From assembly GCA_963708075.1 (NCBI GenBank), contig OY970194.1:3328001-3392000 (forward strand): 64,000 nucleotides of DNA. Reading direction: 5' to 3'. Below the pieces are notes generated by a model that was not told where the DNA came from, did not search any database, and saw nothing but the letters and a program-made list of their open reading frames with translations. Numbering within the stretch: the first letter of the stretch is position 1; each line of letters starts with the position of its first letter. Below are positions 1 through 10,178 of this stretch, piece by piece. A program made the translations under genes and the position numbers. This DNA comes from Sedimentisphaerales bacterium. Its GTDB lineage: Bacteria > Planctomycetota > Phycisphaerae > Sedimentisphaerales > Anaerobacaceae.

Positions 1-1055
1 CCGTCGCCGATGATCGGATTGCGGTAGCGGAACTCGCTGGCATACTCCGTCTCGGCCGGGATGCGCGCCAAGTGCTCCAGGAGGAACTCGCCCACGAGGC
101 CCGCGTGGAACGCCGTGCCGCACGCCGTGAAGATGACGTGCTTGGTCTGCGTCAACTCGCGGAAGTACTGGGCGATGCCGCCCAGCTTGATCTTCCCGCA
201 CTGCTTATCGATCCGGCCGCCCATGCACGTGCTGAGCGATTCGGGCTGCTCGAAGATCTCCTTGAGCATGTGATGCTCGAACCCGCCCAGCTCGATCTGA
301 TCGAGCGAGAACTCGATCTCCTTGAGGTCCTTGGCGACGACGATATTGTCGATTGTCTTAGTATGGAACCCATCGGGTCCGAGCATGACCATTTCGTTGT
401 CGGATAGATAAATGGCCCGTGTGGTATGCTTGACGATAGCGGCGGCATCGGAGGCGAGGACATACTCGTTGTCCCCCACGCCCAGGATCAGGGGACTGCC
501 CCGCTTGGCTCCAATGAGCGTATCGGGGAAATCGCAGCAGAGGATGGCCAGGCCGAACGTCCCGTGGAGCTTCTGCAGGGCCTGCTGAACGGCCCACTCG
601 AACCTGTGCTGCCCGTTCGTTTTGCCGCACCTGTCGTGGTTGGCATAGAGGTAGCCGATCAGGTTCGCGATCACCTCGGTGTCCGTCTCACTGACGAAGG
701 CAACGCCTTCGCTGCGGAGCCAGGTCCTCAGGGTGCTGTAGTTCTCGATGATCCCGTTGTGGACGACGGCGATCGTGCCTGTGTAGTCGAGGTGAGGATG
801 AGCGTTGATCGTATTGGGCTCGCCGTGGGTCGCCCACCGCGTATGGCCGATGCCCAACATATCGCAGGTCCGAGGTTCGTCGAGGATCTGCTCCAGGGCG
901 TTGATGCGGCCGTGGGTCTTCTTGACGCAAAACAGCCCGTCGCTCAGCAGGGCCAGGCCCGCCGAATCATATCCTCTATATTCAAGGCGTTTCAGACCCT
1001 CGACGAGGATCGGCTGAGCCGCCTTTGTTCCCAAGTACGCCACGATGCCGCACAT
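1..1055 (-). CDS. glmS: Glutamine--fructose-6-phosphate aminotransferase (isomerizing), 5' part; runs off the window edge
   Basis: Minus strand from ATG 1055 reads MCGIVAYLGTKAAQPILVEGLKRLEYRGYDSAG (class II GATase Cys1 motif); near base 1 it reads EYASEFRYRNPII (SIS domain). Not in the ORF track because it has no stop within the window. Confidence 0.97.
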   Translation of the reverse strand, partial: MCGIVAYLGTKAAQPILVEGLKRLEYRGYDSAGLALLSDGLFCVKKTHGRINALEQILDEPRTCDMLGIGHTRWATHGEPNTINAHPHLDYTGTIAVVHNGIIENYSTLRTWLRSEGVAFVSETDTEVIANLIGYLYANHDRCGKTNGQHRFEWAVQQALQKLHGTFGLAILCCDFPDTLIGAKRGSPLILGVGDNEYVLASDAAAIVKHTTRAIYLSDNEMVMLGPDGFHTKTIDNIVVAKDLKEIEFSLDQIELGGFEHHMLKEIFEQPESLSTCMGGRIDKQCGKIKLGGIAQYFRELTQTKHVIFTACGTAFHAGLVGEFLLEHLARIPAETEYASEFRYRNPIIGD

Positions 1056-1220
1056 ATGTACCCCCTGAAATTCCAGTTTTCAGTATAGAATCGACATCTG
1101 CGGCCCGCTCTCAATAGAAAATGAGGCTCCGCCAATGCTGCTGGGGCATAATTATTATAGGGCAACAGATCGGCTCACATCAAATCATTTCGGCTGAATC
1201 AGCGTATCAGATATTCTCAT

Positions 1221-1250
1221 TTGACGACGTAACTGCTGTCGTAGTAAACT
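1221..1250 (+). promoter_or_regulatory. Putative sigma70 promoter for hisH
   Basis: TTGACG-N18-TAAACT, ending 6 nt before the hisH ATG. Confidence 0.55.
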
Positions 1251-1256
1251 CTTAAG

Positions 1257-1862
1257 ATGATCGTTGTAATTGACTACAGCGTGGGCAACGTCAAAAGCGT
1301 CTGCAACGCGTTTCGTCATATCGGTTGTGAGGTCGAACTGAGTCGGGACCCTGTGAAAATAGGGAAGGCTGCCGGACTGGTTCTTCCGGGCGTGGCAGCG
1401 TTCGGCTACGCCATGGAGGCCCTGGGCTCAGCCGCCGAGCCGGTCAGACAGGCCGCGCTTGCAGGTAAGCCCGTTCTGGGCATCTGCGTCGGCCACCAGA
1501 TGCTTTTCGACCAGAGCTGCGAATACGGCCCGCACAAGGGACTGGGACTCGTCCATGGGGACGTTGTGCCTATCCCGCCCGGGCAGACGGTCCCGCACAT
1601 GGGCTGGAACCTCGTTGAGTTGCCGGAAGATATGGATCTGTTTGCCGACCTGCGTCCGGCGAAGCATTTCTATTTCGCCCATTCCTATCATGCGCAGGTC
1701 AGCGATGGGCAAGTGAAGGTCGCCTATACGGACTACGGATCACCGCTGACAGCCTCCGTGCAGAAGGGAAACATCTACGGCGTGCAGTTCCACCCGGAGA
1801 AAAGCGGCAACCAGGGCTTGCAGGTGCTGAAGAATTTCTATGCAATTTGTGCGAAGCGATAA
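1257..1862 (+). CDS. hisH: Imidazole glycerol phosphate synthase, glutamine amidotransferase subunit
   Basis: IDYSVGN, LPGV, LGICVG (catalytic Cys), PHMGWN, FYFAHSY, QFHPEKS. Confidence 0.96.
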   Translation: MIVVIDYSVGNVKSVCNAFRHIGCEVELSRDPVKIGKAAGLVLPGVAAFGYAMEALGSAAEPVRQAALAGKPVLGICVGHQMLFDQSCEYGPHKGLGLVHGDVVPIPPGQTVPHMGWNLVELPEDMDLFADLRPAKHFYFAHSYHAQVSDGQVKVAYTDYGSPLTASVQKGNIYGVQFHPEKSGNQGLQVLKNFYAICAKR

Positions 1863-1866
1863 CGGG

Positions 1867-1912
1867 TATAGGTCCCATAGGACCTATGGGACTGATAGGA
1901 CGAATAGGACCT
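1867..1912. repeat. Degenerate 9-nt tandem repeat containing a 10-bp inverted repeat
   Basis: ATAGGTCCC ATAGGACCT ATGGGACTG ATAGGACGA ATAGGACCT; GTCCCATAGG-A-CCTATGGGAC at 1872-1892. Confidence 0.7.
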
Positions 1913-1940
1913 GCCGCCGCGGCTTGACGAGGTGTCTCGC

Positions 1941-2705
1941 GTGTTGACCAAGCGAATCATTCCGTGTCTCGATGTCAAAGACAATCGCGTCGTCAAGGGC
2001 GTCAACTTCCTGAACCTGCGCGACGCGGGCGACCCGGTCGAGCTGGGGGCCCGGTACAGCGATGAGGGAGCTGACGAACTGGTGTTCCTCGATATCACAG
2101 CCACGATTCGCTCTCGCAAGACTATCGTGGACCTCGTTCGGCGGGTGGCGGAGAATGTCTTCATCCCGTTCACCGTCGGCGGCGGCATCCAGACGGTCGG
2201 GCAGATCGACGAGCTGCTGCGAAGCGGCGCCGAGAAGGTCTCGGTCAATACGGCGGCGGTCAAGAATCCCAAGCTGATCGCCGAGGCCGCCAAGCGGTTC
2301 GGCAATCAATGCGTCGTCCTGGCCATTGATGCCCGCCGCTCCAAAACACGAGCGGGACACTGGCAGGTGTGCATCAAGGCCGGCTCGGAGCCGACGGACG
2401 TCGATGTCGTCGAATGGGCCGTGCGAGGCGAGGAGTTGGGGGCCGGCGAGATTCTTCTGACGAGCATGGACGCCGACGGCACTCTGGCCGGCTATGACAA
2501 CGAGCTAAACAGGGCCGTCTCCGACGCCGTCAATATCCCCGTCATCGCCTCGGGCGGCGCCGGCAAACTCGAGCATCTCTACGACGCCGTCGTCAAGGGC
2601 GGCGCCGACGCCGTGCTCATGGCCTCCATCACCCACTTCGGCGATTGCACCATCACTCAGATGAAGGAATACCTCCGCGACCGCGGCCTGCCGATGAACC
2701 TGTAG
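1941..2705 (+). CDS. hisF: Imidazole glycerol phosphate synthase cyclase subunit (start 1932 or 1941)
   Basis: [61 protein letters not shown]. Confidence 0.97.
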   Translation: MLTKRIIPCLDVKDNRVVKGVNFLNLRDAGDPVELGARYSDEGADELVFLDITATIRSRKTIVDLVRRVAENVFIPFTVGGGIQTVGQIDELLRSGAEKVSVNTAAVKNPKLIAEAAKRFGNQCVVLAIDARRSKTRAGHWQVCIKAGSEPTDVDVVEWAVRGEELGAGEILLTSMDADGTLAGYDNELNRAVSDAVNIPVIASGGAGKLEHLYDAVVKGGADAVLMASITHFGDCTITQMKEYLRDRGLPMNL

Positions 2706-2877
2706 GTCGGGCTGCCAGCTCCAATTTGACGGCATACCAACCTAAGGTTCGGCGATTACCTTCTTGATCCATTCGTCCTTCAGCAGACGCTCTTTGGTGA
2801 AGGATCATGGTGAATGCGAAGATCATCCCGCTTTGGGGCAGTCTTACGAGAGGAGTCATGCAGTAGCCAATGCCACA

Positions 2878-3807
2878 TCAGGTCGGCCGGTGGAGGAAGC
2901 CGATGGTGGATTCCATGATTCGGGCCTGGAACGCTTCCTGCTTTGTCTCCTGGCTCAGACTCTGGAGGTCGTCAAGGTTGGCCCGGCAGAACCGGCAGCC
3001 GAGGACATTCAGGTGGAACTCCACGTACTTGTGCCAATCAGGTTCCAGTGTCCCGAGCATGTACGCACCGATCGTGTTTCGCTTCGGGCAACTGAATCGA
3101 TGGTACTCCCACAAATCGGTCAGGAGACTCTCGAACTGCTCGGAGGAGTCGATGGGCTGGGAGCTCGACGCAGCAGCTCCGGCATCCGGGTTGTGGCCGA
3201 CGGACTCACGGATCTGCTTGAGGGCCCGGTGTTTGATTAGCGCGACGGCCTTCTCGTCCATACCCATCGTCCGCGCCACGTCCTTGTTGGGGATCTGGCA
3301 GTATAACAGCATCTCGATCACCTGCAGGTCGCGGAATCTCAGGGATTTCTTCAGCGCATCGATCAGTTCCGAGAGCGCCTCGGCCAGCACGGTCCTTTGC
3401 CTATCGTACTGCTCGTCCGCCCGGGCGTACCAGCTCGCCGTCTGGGCCGGGCTTTCTACCACGTCCAGAAGGTCGGAAGGTGCGTCTTCAGCGTCGCTCT
3501 CGCAGGCGTCCTGGATCAGGCAGACGCGCCGAGCCCCGGCGCTGCGATAGCTGTCGATGATCTTACGCCGCAGAAGGGCGAAGAGATAGGTCTCGAGGTC
3601 ACACTCGCCCCGATACCTGGCGATGCTCCGCAAAAACGCGACGAAGGCCTCCTGGACCACATCCTCCGCGTCGGCGCGCTGCGGGAGCTTGGCTCGCGCA
3701 AAGCGGAGCAGCCGGCCCTGGTAACGACTGACGAAATCCGACCAAATCTGCCCGTCGCCCTGCCGAATCCGGTCTAAGAAGTACTGTTCACCCTTGGTAA
3801 CGGCCAT
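2878..3807 (-). CDS. ECF RNA polymerase sigma factor with C-terminal zf-HC2 (anti-sigma-like zinc finger) extension
   Basis: Region 2 DAEDVVQEAF...YLFALLRRKIIDSYR; region 4 NKDVARTMGMDEKAVALIKHRAL; C-terminal CP...IGAYMLG...HLNVLGCRFC. Confidence 0.88.
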   Translation of the reverse strand: MAVTKGEQYFLDRIRQGDGQIWSDFVSRYQGRLLRFARAKLPQRADAEDVVQEAFVAFLRSIARYRGECDLETYLFALLRRKIIDSYRSAGARRVCLIQDACESDAEDAPSDLLDVVESPAQTASWYARADEQYDRQRTVLAEALSELIDALKKSLRFRDLQVIEMLLYCQIPNKDVARTMGMDEKAVALIKHRALKQIRESVGHNPDAGAAASSSQPIDSSEQFESLLTDLWEYHRFSCPKRNTIGAYMLGTLEPDWHKYVEFHLNVLGCRFCRANLDDLQSLSQETKQEAFQARIMESTIGFLHRPT

Positions 3808-3813
3808 CGCTCT

Positions 3814-3908
3814 GGATTTACGATTTACGATTTATGATTTTTGATTTTTGATTTGAAGGACGCCGCGAACTGTCTTCTTCAAATCAACCATCAACCATCA
3901 ACAATCAG
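3814..3908. repeat. Inverted heptamer arrays forming an intergenic hairpin
   Basis: (NGATTTN)x6, spacer, then (AAATCAA/CCATCAA/CAATCAG)x4. Confidence 0.75.
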
Positions 3909-3917
3909 ACTTCCGCC

Positions 3918-5393
3918 TCATCGGACCACCATGAGGACCGAGACCACGGCGACAATCGCCAGGACGATTCCTGCGATCCTCAACGACCATTCATAATACC
4001 CCATGGTGGCCATGTTGAGGAAGAAGTAAATCGCGCCGATCAGCACGGTCACACCGATGACGGAGAATCCCATGCGGGCCCAGGACTCCCTCATCTTGTG
4101 AGACTCGTGTGCCTTCTGACTGAACAGTTGGGCGAGCTTGGAGCCGGAGACGTCGATGAGCATCGCTTGCCGCCAGATCTTGCCCGCGGACCCTTCGAAG
4201 CTCTGGGCAAACTGGTCCACGACGAAGCCGCCCTTGAGCACATCCGTGGCCGTGATGGCCGGCTGGGGTAATCTGCCTCGTTTACCCAGCACTTCCGTCA
4301 GTCTTGCCCGCGCATCGTCCAAGGCCTGTTGATGCGCTTCTCCTTCGCTCGTGCACGTCCCGACGGAGCGAGTGACAATGAAGTGTTGATCCGGCCGGGT
4401 ACTGGCAAATGTCGCGAAATCCTCCACCCACGGCTTCTCGACAACGCGCTTGCCGGAAGCCATGTGTCCGCCGGCGGTGGATACATTGACCTCAACTCTG
4501 GCGCTTGCCGCCTTGATCTCCGGAGACTTGGCCCAGGGCGCAGGCTGCATATCCGTGTCAACGATGCGAACGGTGATCCCCGTCTCATCCGGCTGGATAT
4601 TTCTTGGCTCCGCCTCGATCGCGCACGTCGCCTCAGGCAGAGATCGCTGGATGGCACTCTTCAGCTCCACGATCAATGCCCGATCATTCTGTTCCTGAAA
4701 CAGGGTAATCTTCGCGGGCGAATTGACATCCGGTGTCAACTTTCGGATCAACCTGTCCAGCCGCGAGCCCATCGCCCGGACGGCCGCTACCTCCGACGGG
4801 TACACCTCCGCCTCCAACTCGCTGTCGATCCCCTCCGCCCAGATGGGCGACGCCACCACAGGCGTTACCGGCCTGGGCGGGACCGGCGTAAGAGCAGGCT
4901 CGGGAGCGCTGGGAGGTTCCTGCACGTAGCTTTCGAATACTCGGTCGAATTCCTGCACGACGGCTTCACTGGTCGCAGAATCTCCAGTCCATTGCTGTCT
5001 GACCGTCGCGCCTGCGCTTTGCGGCGCCGGGTATTCCTCGCTCGTCGGTGCGTAGCTTACGTGACGCGTTCCGACAAAGAAGAGACCCAGCACACCCATG
5101 GCGACGAGCGCGACGATCAGCCCGGCTCCCGCTTTCGGCGCCTTGGCCAGCACGATGACCATCAGAACAAACAGGAACGTGACCGGCACGACAACCAGCG
5201 GGATGATGACTCCCTCGTCATGCCTGAACGCGCCCGTCGTCGCAAGCCACCATAGCACGAGGGGAGCCGGAAGAACCAGGCTACCCACCAACCAAGCGCC
5301 CAATCTCGGCGTCTTGACAACCAGAATGATCAGCAGGACAAAGAGGAACGTCAGTGGCACGATAATTATTGGTATCATCGACTCGGTAATCAT
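3918..5393 (-). CDS. Hypothetical multi-pass membrane protein with duplicated N-terminal TM hairpin
   Basis: ATG 5393 overlaps the kinase stop (ATGA); two similar hydrophobic units IP..VP.TFLFVL...K.P..GA.L; large soluble region; two C-terminal TM helices. Confidence 0.8.
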   Translation of the reverse strand: MITESMIPIIIVPLTFLFVLLIILVVKTPRLGAWLVGSLVLPAPLVLWWLATTGAFRHDEGVIIPLVVVPVTFLFVLMVIVLAKAPKAGAGLIVALVAMGVLGLFFVGTRHVSYAPTSEEYPAPQSAGATVRQQWTGDSATSEAVVQEFDRVFESYVQEPPSAPEPALTPVPPRPVTPVVASPIWAEGIDSELEAEVYPSEVAAVRAMGSRLDRLIRKLTPDVNSPAKITLFQEQNDRALIVELKSAIQRSLPEATCAIEAEPRNIQPDETGITVRIVDTDMQPAPWAKSPEIKAASARVEVNVSTAGGHMASGKRVVEKPWVEDFATFASTRPDQHFIVTRSVGTCTSEGEAHQQALDDARARLTEVLGKRGRLPQPAITATDVLKGGFVVDQFAQSFEGSAGKIWRQAMLIDVSGSKLAQLFSQKAHESHKMRESWARMGFSVIGVTVLIGAIYFFLNMATMGYYEWSLRIAGIVLAIVAVVSVLMVVR

Positions 5394-8300
5394 AGAACAA
5401 CTCCCTGCGGAGGCATCGGTGCAAAGATCGGCGTGCGTCTGCGCGGCGGCCACGACAGGAGCAGCACAGACACCAGAGTGAGCGCCGCTGCGAACACAAC
5501 CTCCTCCTGGTTGAACGCGCCGAACAACTGCTCCAGGGCCGGGCCGACCTGGTTCTGCTGGATAAAGTCAACGACTTTCTGAACCTCTTCGGTGGACAAG
5601 GCGGAGCCGCGGAACAACTGGATGGCCCAGAAGAACCCGGCCAAGCCGAGAACGGACCGAATCAGGTGCATGGGCCCGGATCTTCGCCGGCCGATCATGA
5701 TGAAGATCGCCGCGAAGAACAGCAGAAGGAGAATCAGCACGGTCCCGATCTGTTCGACGGCCGCGGGCCACTCGGCGCCGAGGGCCTGCTGCAACTGGAC
5801 TACCGGGTCCGTATCCGGCCATGCCTGGGCCGCCACGGCAGGCAGATGGAGCCCGATAGCCAGGCCGATCAAAAGCGCCGCAAAGGCCAGGATATGACCG
5901 ATAGCAGCGAACAATCCGCCGATGGGGTTCCACGGCTCGTACACTGACCCTGTGCTCGCGTAGGACGCCCAGGACGGCGGCTGATAGGCCACGGGTTGCG
6001 GCTGAGGCGCAGGCGTCGGCTCCACGGCTTTGGCCGGCTCAACTTGTGCTGCCGCCACAGGCGGCTGCGGCGTTGCCACGGCAGGCTGTGCACCGCCCTG
6101 GACGGCAGCCATGAGGGCCTCACTTTGGCCACCCCAATTGACCAGCGGCAGATCGTCTCTGTCCTTGAACTGCCCCACGGCGATCAAGATGATGTCGACC
6201 AGAGTGCCGATCCCAAACATTCCCCAGGTGAACAGCCAGAGGATGCCCGTCCCGATCTTCCCCACGTAGAACCGGTGCAAGCCGGCGACCGGCACAAAGG
6301 GGATGAATGAGACCAGAGCCAGGAGCAGGGCCGTGGTGCGCTTGCACGGAGAGACCGGACCGGACGCGGCTTCCGTCGGCCCAATGGGGCGAGGCAGTCT
6401 CGCCACGCTCACATCCGGGGCCCCGAACAAACGTGCCGGCAGAAATAGGATCACTATGAACACGATATTCGGAAAGATAATGAAGAACAACGCAACGGCC
6501 GCATCTTCATTCTGCAATCCCAGGGTGCCCATGAGGATGGATGCCGTTACGCTGGCCTGCACGCAAACCATGAGCAGTGCCGGGCGGATGAGATAGCGGT
6601 ACCAGCCCGCAAAGGTCCTGCGGAACATCATGATGAAACAGAAGATCGACAGGATCAGACAGTCCACTCCGAATGCCACCGTGATTCCGAAATCGTCCCC
6701 ATGCATCGACGTGCCCGCCAGGATCACTCCTATCAGGCCGGCGCTCAGACTGGCCAGCCAGCCGACCAACCACAGGGGACGCGTAAACGACGGCACATAG
6801 CGGATGGCCGTGCTGCTTTGGCCTGTTCCCGGCATGACAGCGGGCGGCTTTTCCTGCCCGGCCTCTGCTGTCACAGGTACATTCACAACAACCTGGCCGA
6901 ACGGACTCAGGGTCTGAACCACCAGGTAGGCGCCGGCCAGCGTGCAGGCGGCTACGATCGGCTCCAGGCCGAATATCCCTCCCGCCACAAGACCCAACAG
7001 GCCAATGAAGAACGCGCGGCCCACCTCCACTCTGCGCGGACGCTGCGGGTTGGTCGCCGCGAACCAGTCCACTAGCAGCAACGGGAGAGCCAGGGCCAGC
7101 ACTTTGCCTCCCCAGGCCTGCAGGAACCATCGCATGTCCGGGAACCACCTGAACCAGCGGAATCCGCCATGAGCCTCGAAGGGACTGGCGCCGAAGATTT
7201 GCCCGATCATGGTGCCCATCAGCGCTGCTACAAAACCCGCCAAGAAACAGGTGCCCGCCTTACCTATCCACTTGGTGTCCTGATCCAATCCGGGCCACCA
7301 GTGAAAACGCCCATGAAGGATGACACGTGCGGCCACGCCAACCATGACAAAGACGGCGATCATGATGCCGTACATCGCTTCGCCGCCGTGGCCTGCAAGG
7401 AAGCCGGCTCCCAAGGCTATCGCCAACATCACAATCAAGGCCAGCTTCCGCCTCTGGCGAGGGCTGACCGGATCCGCCACCTGGGGCTGTCCGGCCTGAC
7501 GTGTACGCTCTTTGGCATTCTTGAGCTTCTCCTGCCATCTCTCGCCGATGATTTCGGCTTTCTTGGCGAACTGCTCCGCCTTCCTGGCGAATAGCTCAGC
7601 CTTTTTGCCGAGTTCCTTGCTGAAGTCCTTCTCGACTCCCGGCGTCTGTGCGGCAGCCTGAGCCCGAGCGCCACGGACTTTCTCGGCGACGTGCGCCGCC
7701 ACGATGGACAGCTCCTCGGGCGCGAACTGGGACACACTGTTGCGAATCTGCTCGGCGCCGAAAACGTCCTCGACCATCTCCTGGACCGTCTGGTATCGCT
7801 CGGCCGGGTCCTTGGCCAACGCCCGGCGAATGACGCGGGCGAACGGCTCATCGATATTGCTCAGGTCCGGGGCGGCCGTCATGTGCTTCATCAGGATTTC
7901 CGCCGGGCTGGACCCGAGGAACGGAACCTGGCCCGTCAGCATCTCATAGAGCAGAATGCCGAGGGCGTAGATATCGACGCTGCGGTCGTACTTGCCCGCG
8001 CCGATTTCCGGGGCCATGTAATGCACGGTGCCCACCGTGATGGTATGACTGACATGATGGCTGGTGCTGATCGCCTTGGTCAGGCCATAGTCGCCGATCT
8101 TTACATAGCCGTTCTCATAGAAGATATTGCCCGGCTTGAGGTCGCGGTGCACGATGCCGCACTCATGCAGATACGACAGGCCCTTGCCGATCTCGCGCAG
8201 GAAGAAGGCCGCCTTCTGGGTCCCCAACCCGCCGTGCGATTCCTTGAGCAAATCGCTCAATGCCGGCCCCGAGACGTACTCCATGATGACGAACGGTCGG

Positions 8301-8545
8301 CCCTTGTCGTTGTACTTGACATCGAAGATCGTGACCAGGTGCGGGCTCTTGAGGTTCATGCACTGGCTGATGCCGCGCAGCTCGATCTGCTCGTAGGTTT
8401 GGACGGCCTTCAAGGCCACCTGGCGGCCGCTGTCGCTGATGGCATAGTAGACCTCGCCGAACCCGCCGCGTCCTGCCGCCCGTTGAATGGTGAAGCCTTC
8501 AAGCGGCCGATCTCCATATTTGTACTGGTACGTGTCCATTGTCAT
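5390..8545 (-). CDS. Hanks-type Ser/Thr protein kinase with multi-TM region and TM2 domain
   Basis: GRGGFGEVY, VALK, HRDLKPGNI, DYG, GTVHYMAPE; many TM segments; TM2 motif GLHRFYVGKIGTGILWLFTWG. Confidence 0.93.
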   Translation of the reverse strand: MTMDTYQYKYGDRPLEGFTIQRAAGRGGFGEVYYAISDSGRQVALKAVQTYEQIELRGISQCMNLKSPHLVTIFDVKYNDKGRPFVIMEYVSGPALSDLLKESHGGLGTQKAAFFLREIGKGLSYLHECGIVHRDLKPGNIFYENGYVKIGDYGLTKAISTSHHVSHTITVGTVHYMAPEIGAGKYDRSVDIYALGILLYEMLTGQVPFLGSSPAEILMKHMTAAPDLSNIDEPFARVIRRALAKDPAERYQTVQEMVEDVFGAEQIRNSVSQFAPEELSIVAAHVAEKVRGARAQAAAQTPGVEKDFSKELGKKAELFARKAEQFAKKAEIIGERWQEKLKNAKERTRQAGQPQVADPVSPRQRRKLALIVMLAIALGAGFLAGHGGEAMYGIMIAVFVMVGVAARVILHGRFHWWPGLDQDTKWIGKAGTCFLAGFVAALMGTMIGQIFGASPFEAHGGFRWFRWFPDMRWFLQAWGGKVLALALPLLLVDWFAATNPQRPRRVEVGRAFFIGLLGLVAGGIFGLEPIVAACTLAGAYLVVQTLSPFGQVVVNVPVTAEAGQEKPPAVMPGTGQSSTAIRYVPSFTRPLWLVGWLASLSAGLIGVILAGTSMHGDDFGITVAFGVDCLILSIFCFIMMFRRTFAGWYRYLIRPALLMVCVQASVTASILMGTLGLQNEDAAVALFFIIFPNIVFIVILFLPARLFGAPDVSVARLPRPIGPTEAASGPVSPCKRTTALLLALVSFIPFVPVAGLHRFYVGKIGTGILWLFTWGMFGIGTLVDIILIAVGQFKDRDDLPLVNWGGQSEALMAAVQGGAQPAVATPQPPVAAAQVEPAKAVEPTPAPQPQPVAYQPPSWASYASTGSVYEPWNPIGGLFAAIGHILAFAALLIGLAIGLHLPAVAAQAWPDTDPVVQLQQALGAEWPAAVEQIGTVLILLLLFFAAIFIMIGRRRSGPMHLIRSVLGLAGFFWAIQLFRGSALSTEEVQKVVDFIQQNQVGPALEQLFGAFNQEEVVFAAALTLVSVLLLSWPPRRRTPIFAPMPPQGVVL

Positions 8546-8574
8546 TTCGCCGGATTACTTCAACACGTCTATAT

Positions 8575-10167
8575 TCACTCCCCGAGCCTTGCCACAACCA
8601 TCGATAGCCTGCCGATCTTGACAGGCTTGTCCATGGCAAGACCCACGTTTGGGTCAAAACTGGCCCCATCGACAAGTATATCGTCCCTGGTCCGGCAAAG
8701 CAGCCGGCCATTTTGAGCAAATAGCGCCACAGGGTCCTTCACCTGCTCGGTCCGGATGTGATCGTTGGCGTATGGCCCGATCAGGATATCGCGATCCATG
8801 AGAATCAGTTGGCGGATGTCCGGCCGGCTCAGCCGGGCGCCGGAGACCGTCAGGACGGCGGTCGTGCTCGCCGGATTTGGAAGCTGGAATCGGATGCGAC
8901 ACCGTGGCGATAAGGCGATCCGGTCACCATCGCCAAGCAACTTCTCACTGACAGACTGGCCGTTCACGTCGATCGGCGTCTGCGACCGGATGAAGTAGTC
9001 GCCCTCGACCCGCTCCAGCACGACGACAGGCAGATTCGGATCGGCAATCAGCGCCAGCATTGGCCGGCTGGAAGAGCTGATCGGCCCAACCGTAAGGCGA
9101 GCGTCCCGGAAAACTACAAAGCTCCCGACGCCGTCGATCTGCAGGACGAATTTCGCGGGCATATCTCCTGCCTCCGAGTTTCCCAATTGCGGATTGCGGA
9201 TTGCGGATTGCGGATTGGTAGCGCCCGCCGGTTCTACTCCGCACTCCGCATTCCGCATTCCGCATTTCGAATCACCGGTCGCCGCCAAACCAAGGGGCCC
9301 CGCATCCAGCTCGTCGTATGCCTCGGCGGCCCGCTTGGTGTCGGAGATCGCGGCATCCAGCCATCGTGCCGATGGGCAGACCGCTTTCACCTTGCGAAGA
9401 AGCGGCAGCGCCATGCCTGGCTTGCCCGCCATGACGTGCTGAGCCGCCTGGCGGCACCAGGCCAGCGCGTCACTGAGTTCCGCCACATCCGTCCCATCCT
9501 TGCCAAGCGGCTGTAACCGCAAGAGGAGTGAACGCGCCCGGTCAACGCGTCCTTGTTCGAGATCACTCCGGATGCGCTCGACGGCTCGGGTGCGAATCTG
9601 GCGAAGCAGCTCGCCCGCCCGGCCGTTGCGGCTCTGTGCGATCACCGTGCCACGGGCGATGTCGATCGCTTCTTCGACATCTCCTTTATTCAGGGCCTGC
9701 TCGGCCTTGCCGACAGCGTCCTCGGTCTTCAGCCGGGCCGCCGCCAGCTCCTGGCGAACCAGCTCCGCCCGACCATCGCCGGCGGGCGCCTCATCCAGAA
9801 TCCGCCCGCCGACGGAGAGCCAGCCGTTCTCGATGTGCTGTTTTGCCTGCTCGACCCGCAATGCGTCATGCTGCCGGGCCTGCTGGTCCTGGACGATGGC
9901 GTTGCAGACAGCCGCACGGAGTTGGGCAATCTCGGGCAGGGTCCCCGCAAGCTTCTCCGCCTTGTTGCAGTCGGTCAATGCCGGCTGGAAGCGGCTGCCG
10001 GCCAGGTTCTCCTGCCCTCGCTGCACCAGCGCCCGGGCGAGCCGGCCGATGAGCTTCTGACCGTGACGGTGCCGTCGAATCTCGTCCGTCTGGGCGATCT
10101 CGAAAGCCTCATCGAGCCGGCCGTCTGCCAACGCACATTCCGCTTGTCTGATTCGCAGGATTAACAC
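8575..10167 (-). CDS. TPR-like helical protein with C-terminal FHA-like domain(s)
   Basis: N-terminal helical repeats (ALADGRLDEAF, AEQALNKGDVEEA); C-terminal VNGQSVSEKLLGDGDRIALS typical of the FHA beta-sandwich. Confidence 0.72.
   Translation of the reverse strand: MLILRIRQAECALADGRLDEAFEIAQTDEIRRHRHGQKLIGRLARALVQRGQENLAGSRFQPALTDCNKAEKLAGTLPEIAQLRAAVCNAIVQDQQARQHDALRVEQAKQHIENGWLSVGGRILDEAPAGDGRAELVRQELAAARLKTEDAVGKAEQALNKGDVEEAIDIARGTVIAQSRNGRAGELLRQIRTRAVERIRSDLEQGRVDRARSLLLRLQPLGKDGTDVAELSDALAWCRQAAQHVMAGKPGMALPLLRKVKAVCPSARWLDAAISDTKRAAEAYDELDAGPLGLAATGDSKCGMRNAECGVEPAGATNPQSAIRNPQLGNSEAGDMPAKFVLQIDGVGSFVVFRDARLTVGPISSSSRPMLALIADPNLPVVVLERVEGDYFIRSQTPIDVNGQSVSEKLLGDGDRIALSPRCRIRFQLPNPASTTAVLTVSGARLSRPDIRQLILMDRDILIGPYANDHIRTEQVKDPVALFAQNGRLLCRTRDDILVDGASFDPNVGLAMDKPVKIGRLSMVVARLGE
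9186..9270. repeat. Near-inverted heptamer arrays inside a CDS
   Basis: (ATTGCGG)x4 ... (ACTCCGC/ATTCCGC)x4; translated in frame as KCGMRNAECG...NPQSAIRNPQ. Confidence 0.8.
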
Positions 10168-10178
10168 GGCAGCACTCC

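Noticed and set aside
61..1088. Plus-strand ORFs 72..407 and 426..1088
   Set aside because: Antisense shadows of glmS; the same applies to most long overlapping ORFs in this GC-rich window.
1056..1256. glmS ribozyme upstream of glmS
   Set aside because: The conserved AGCGCC...GACGAGG core is not visible on the minus strand.
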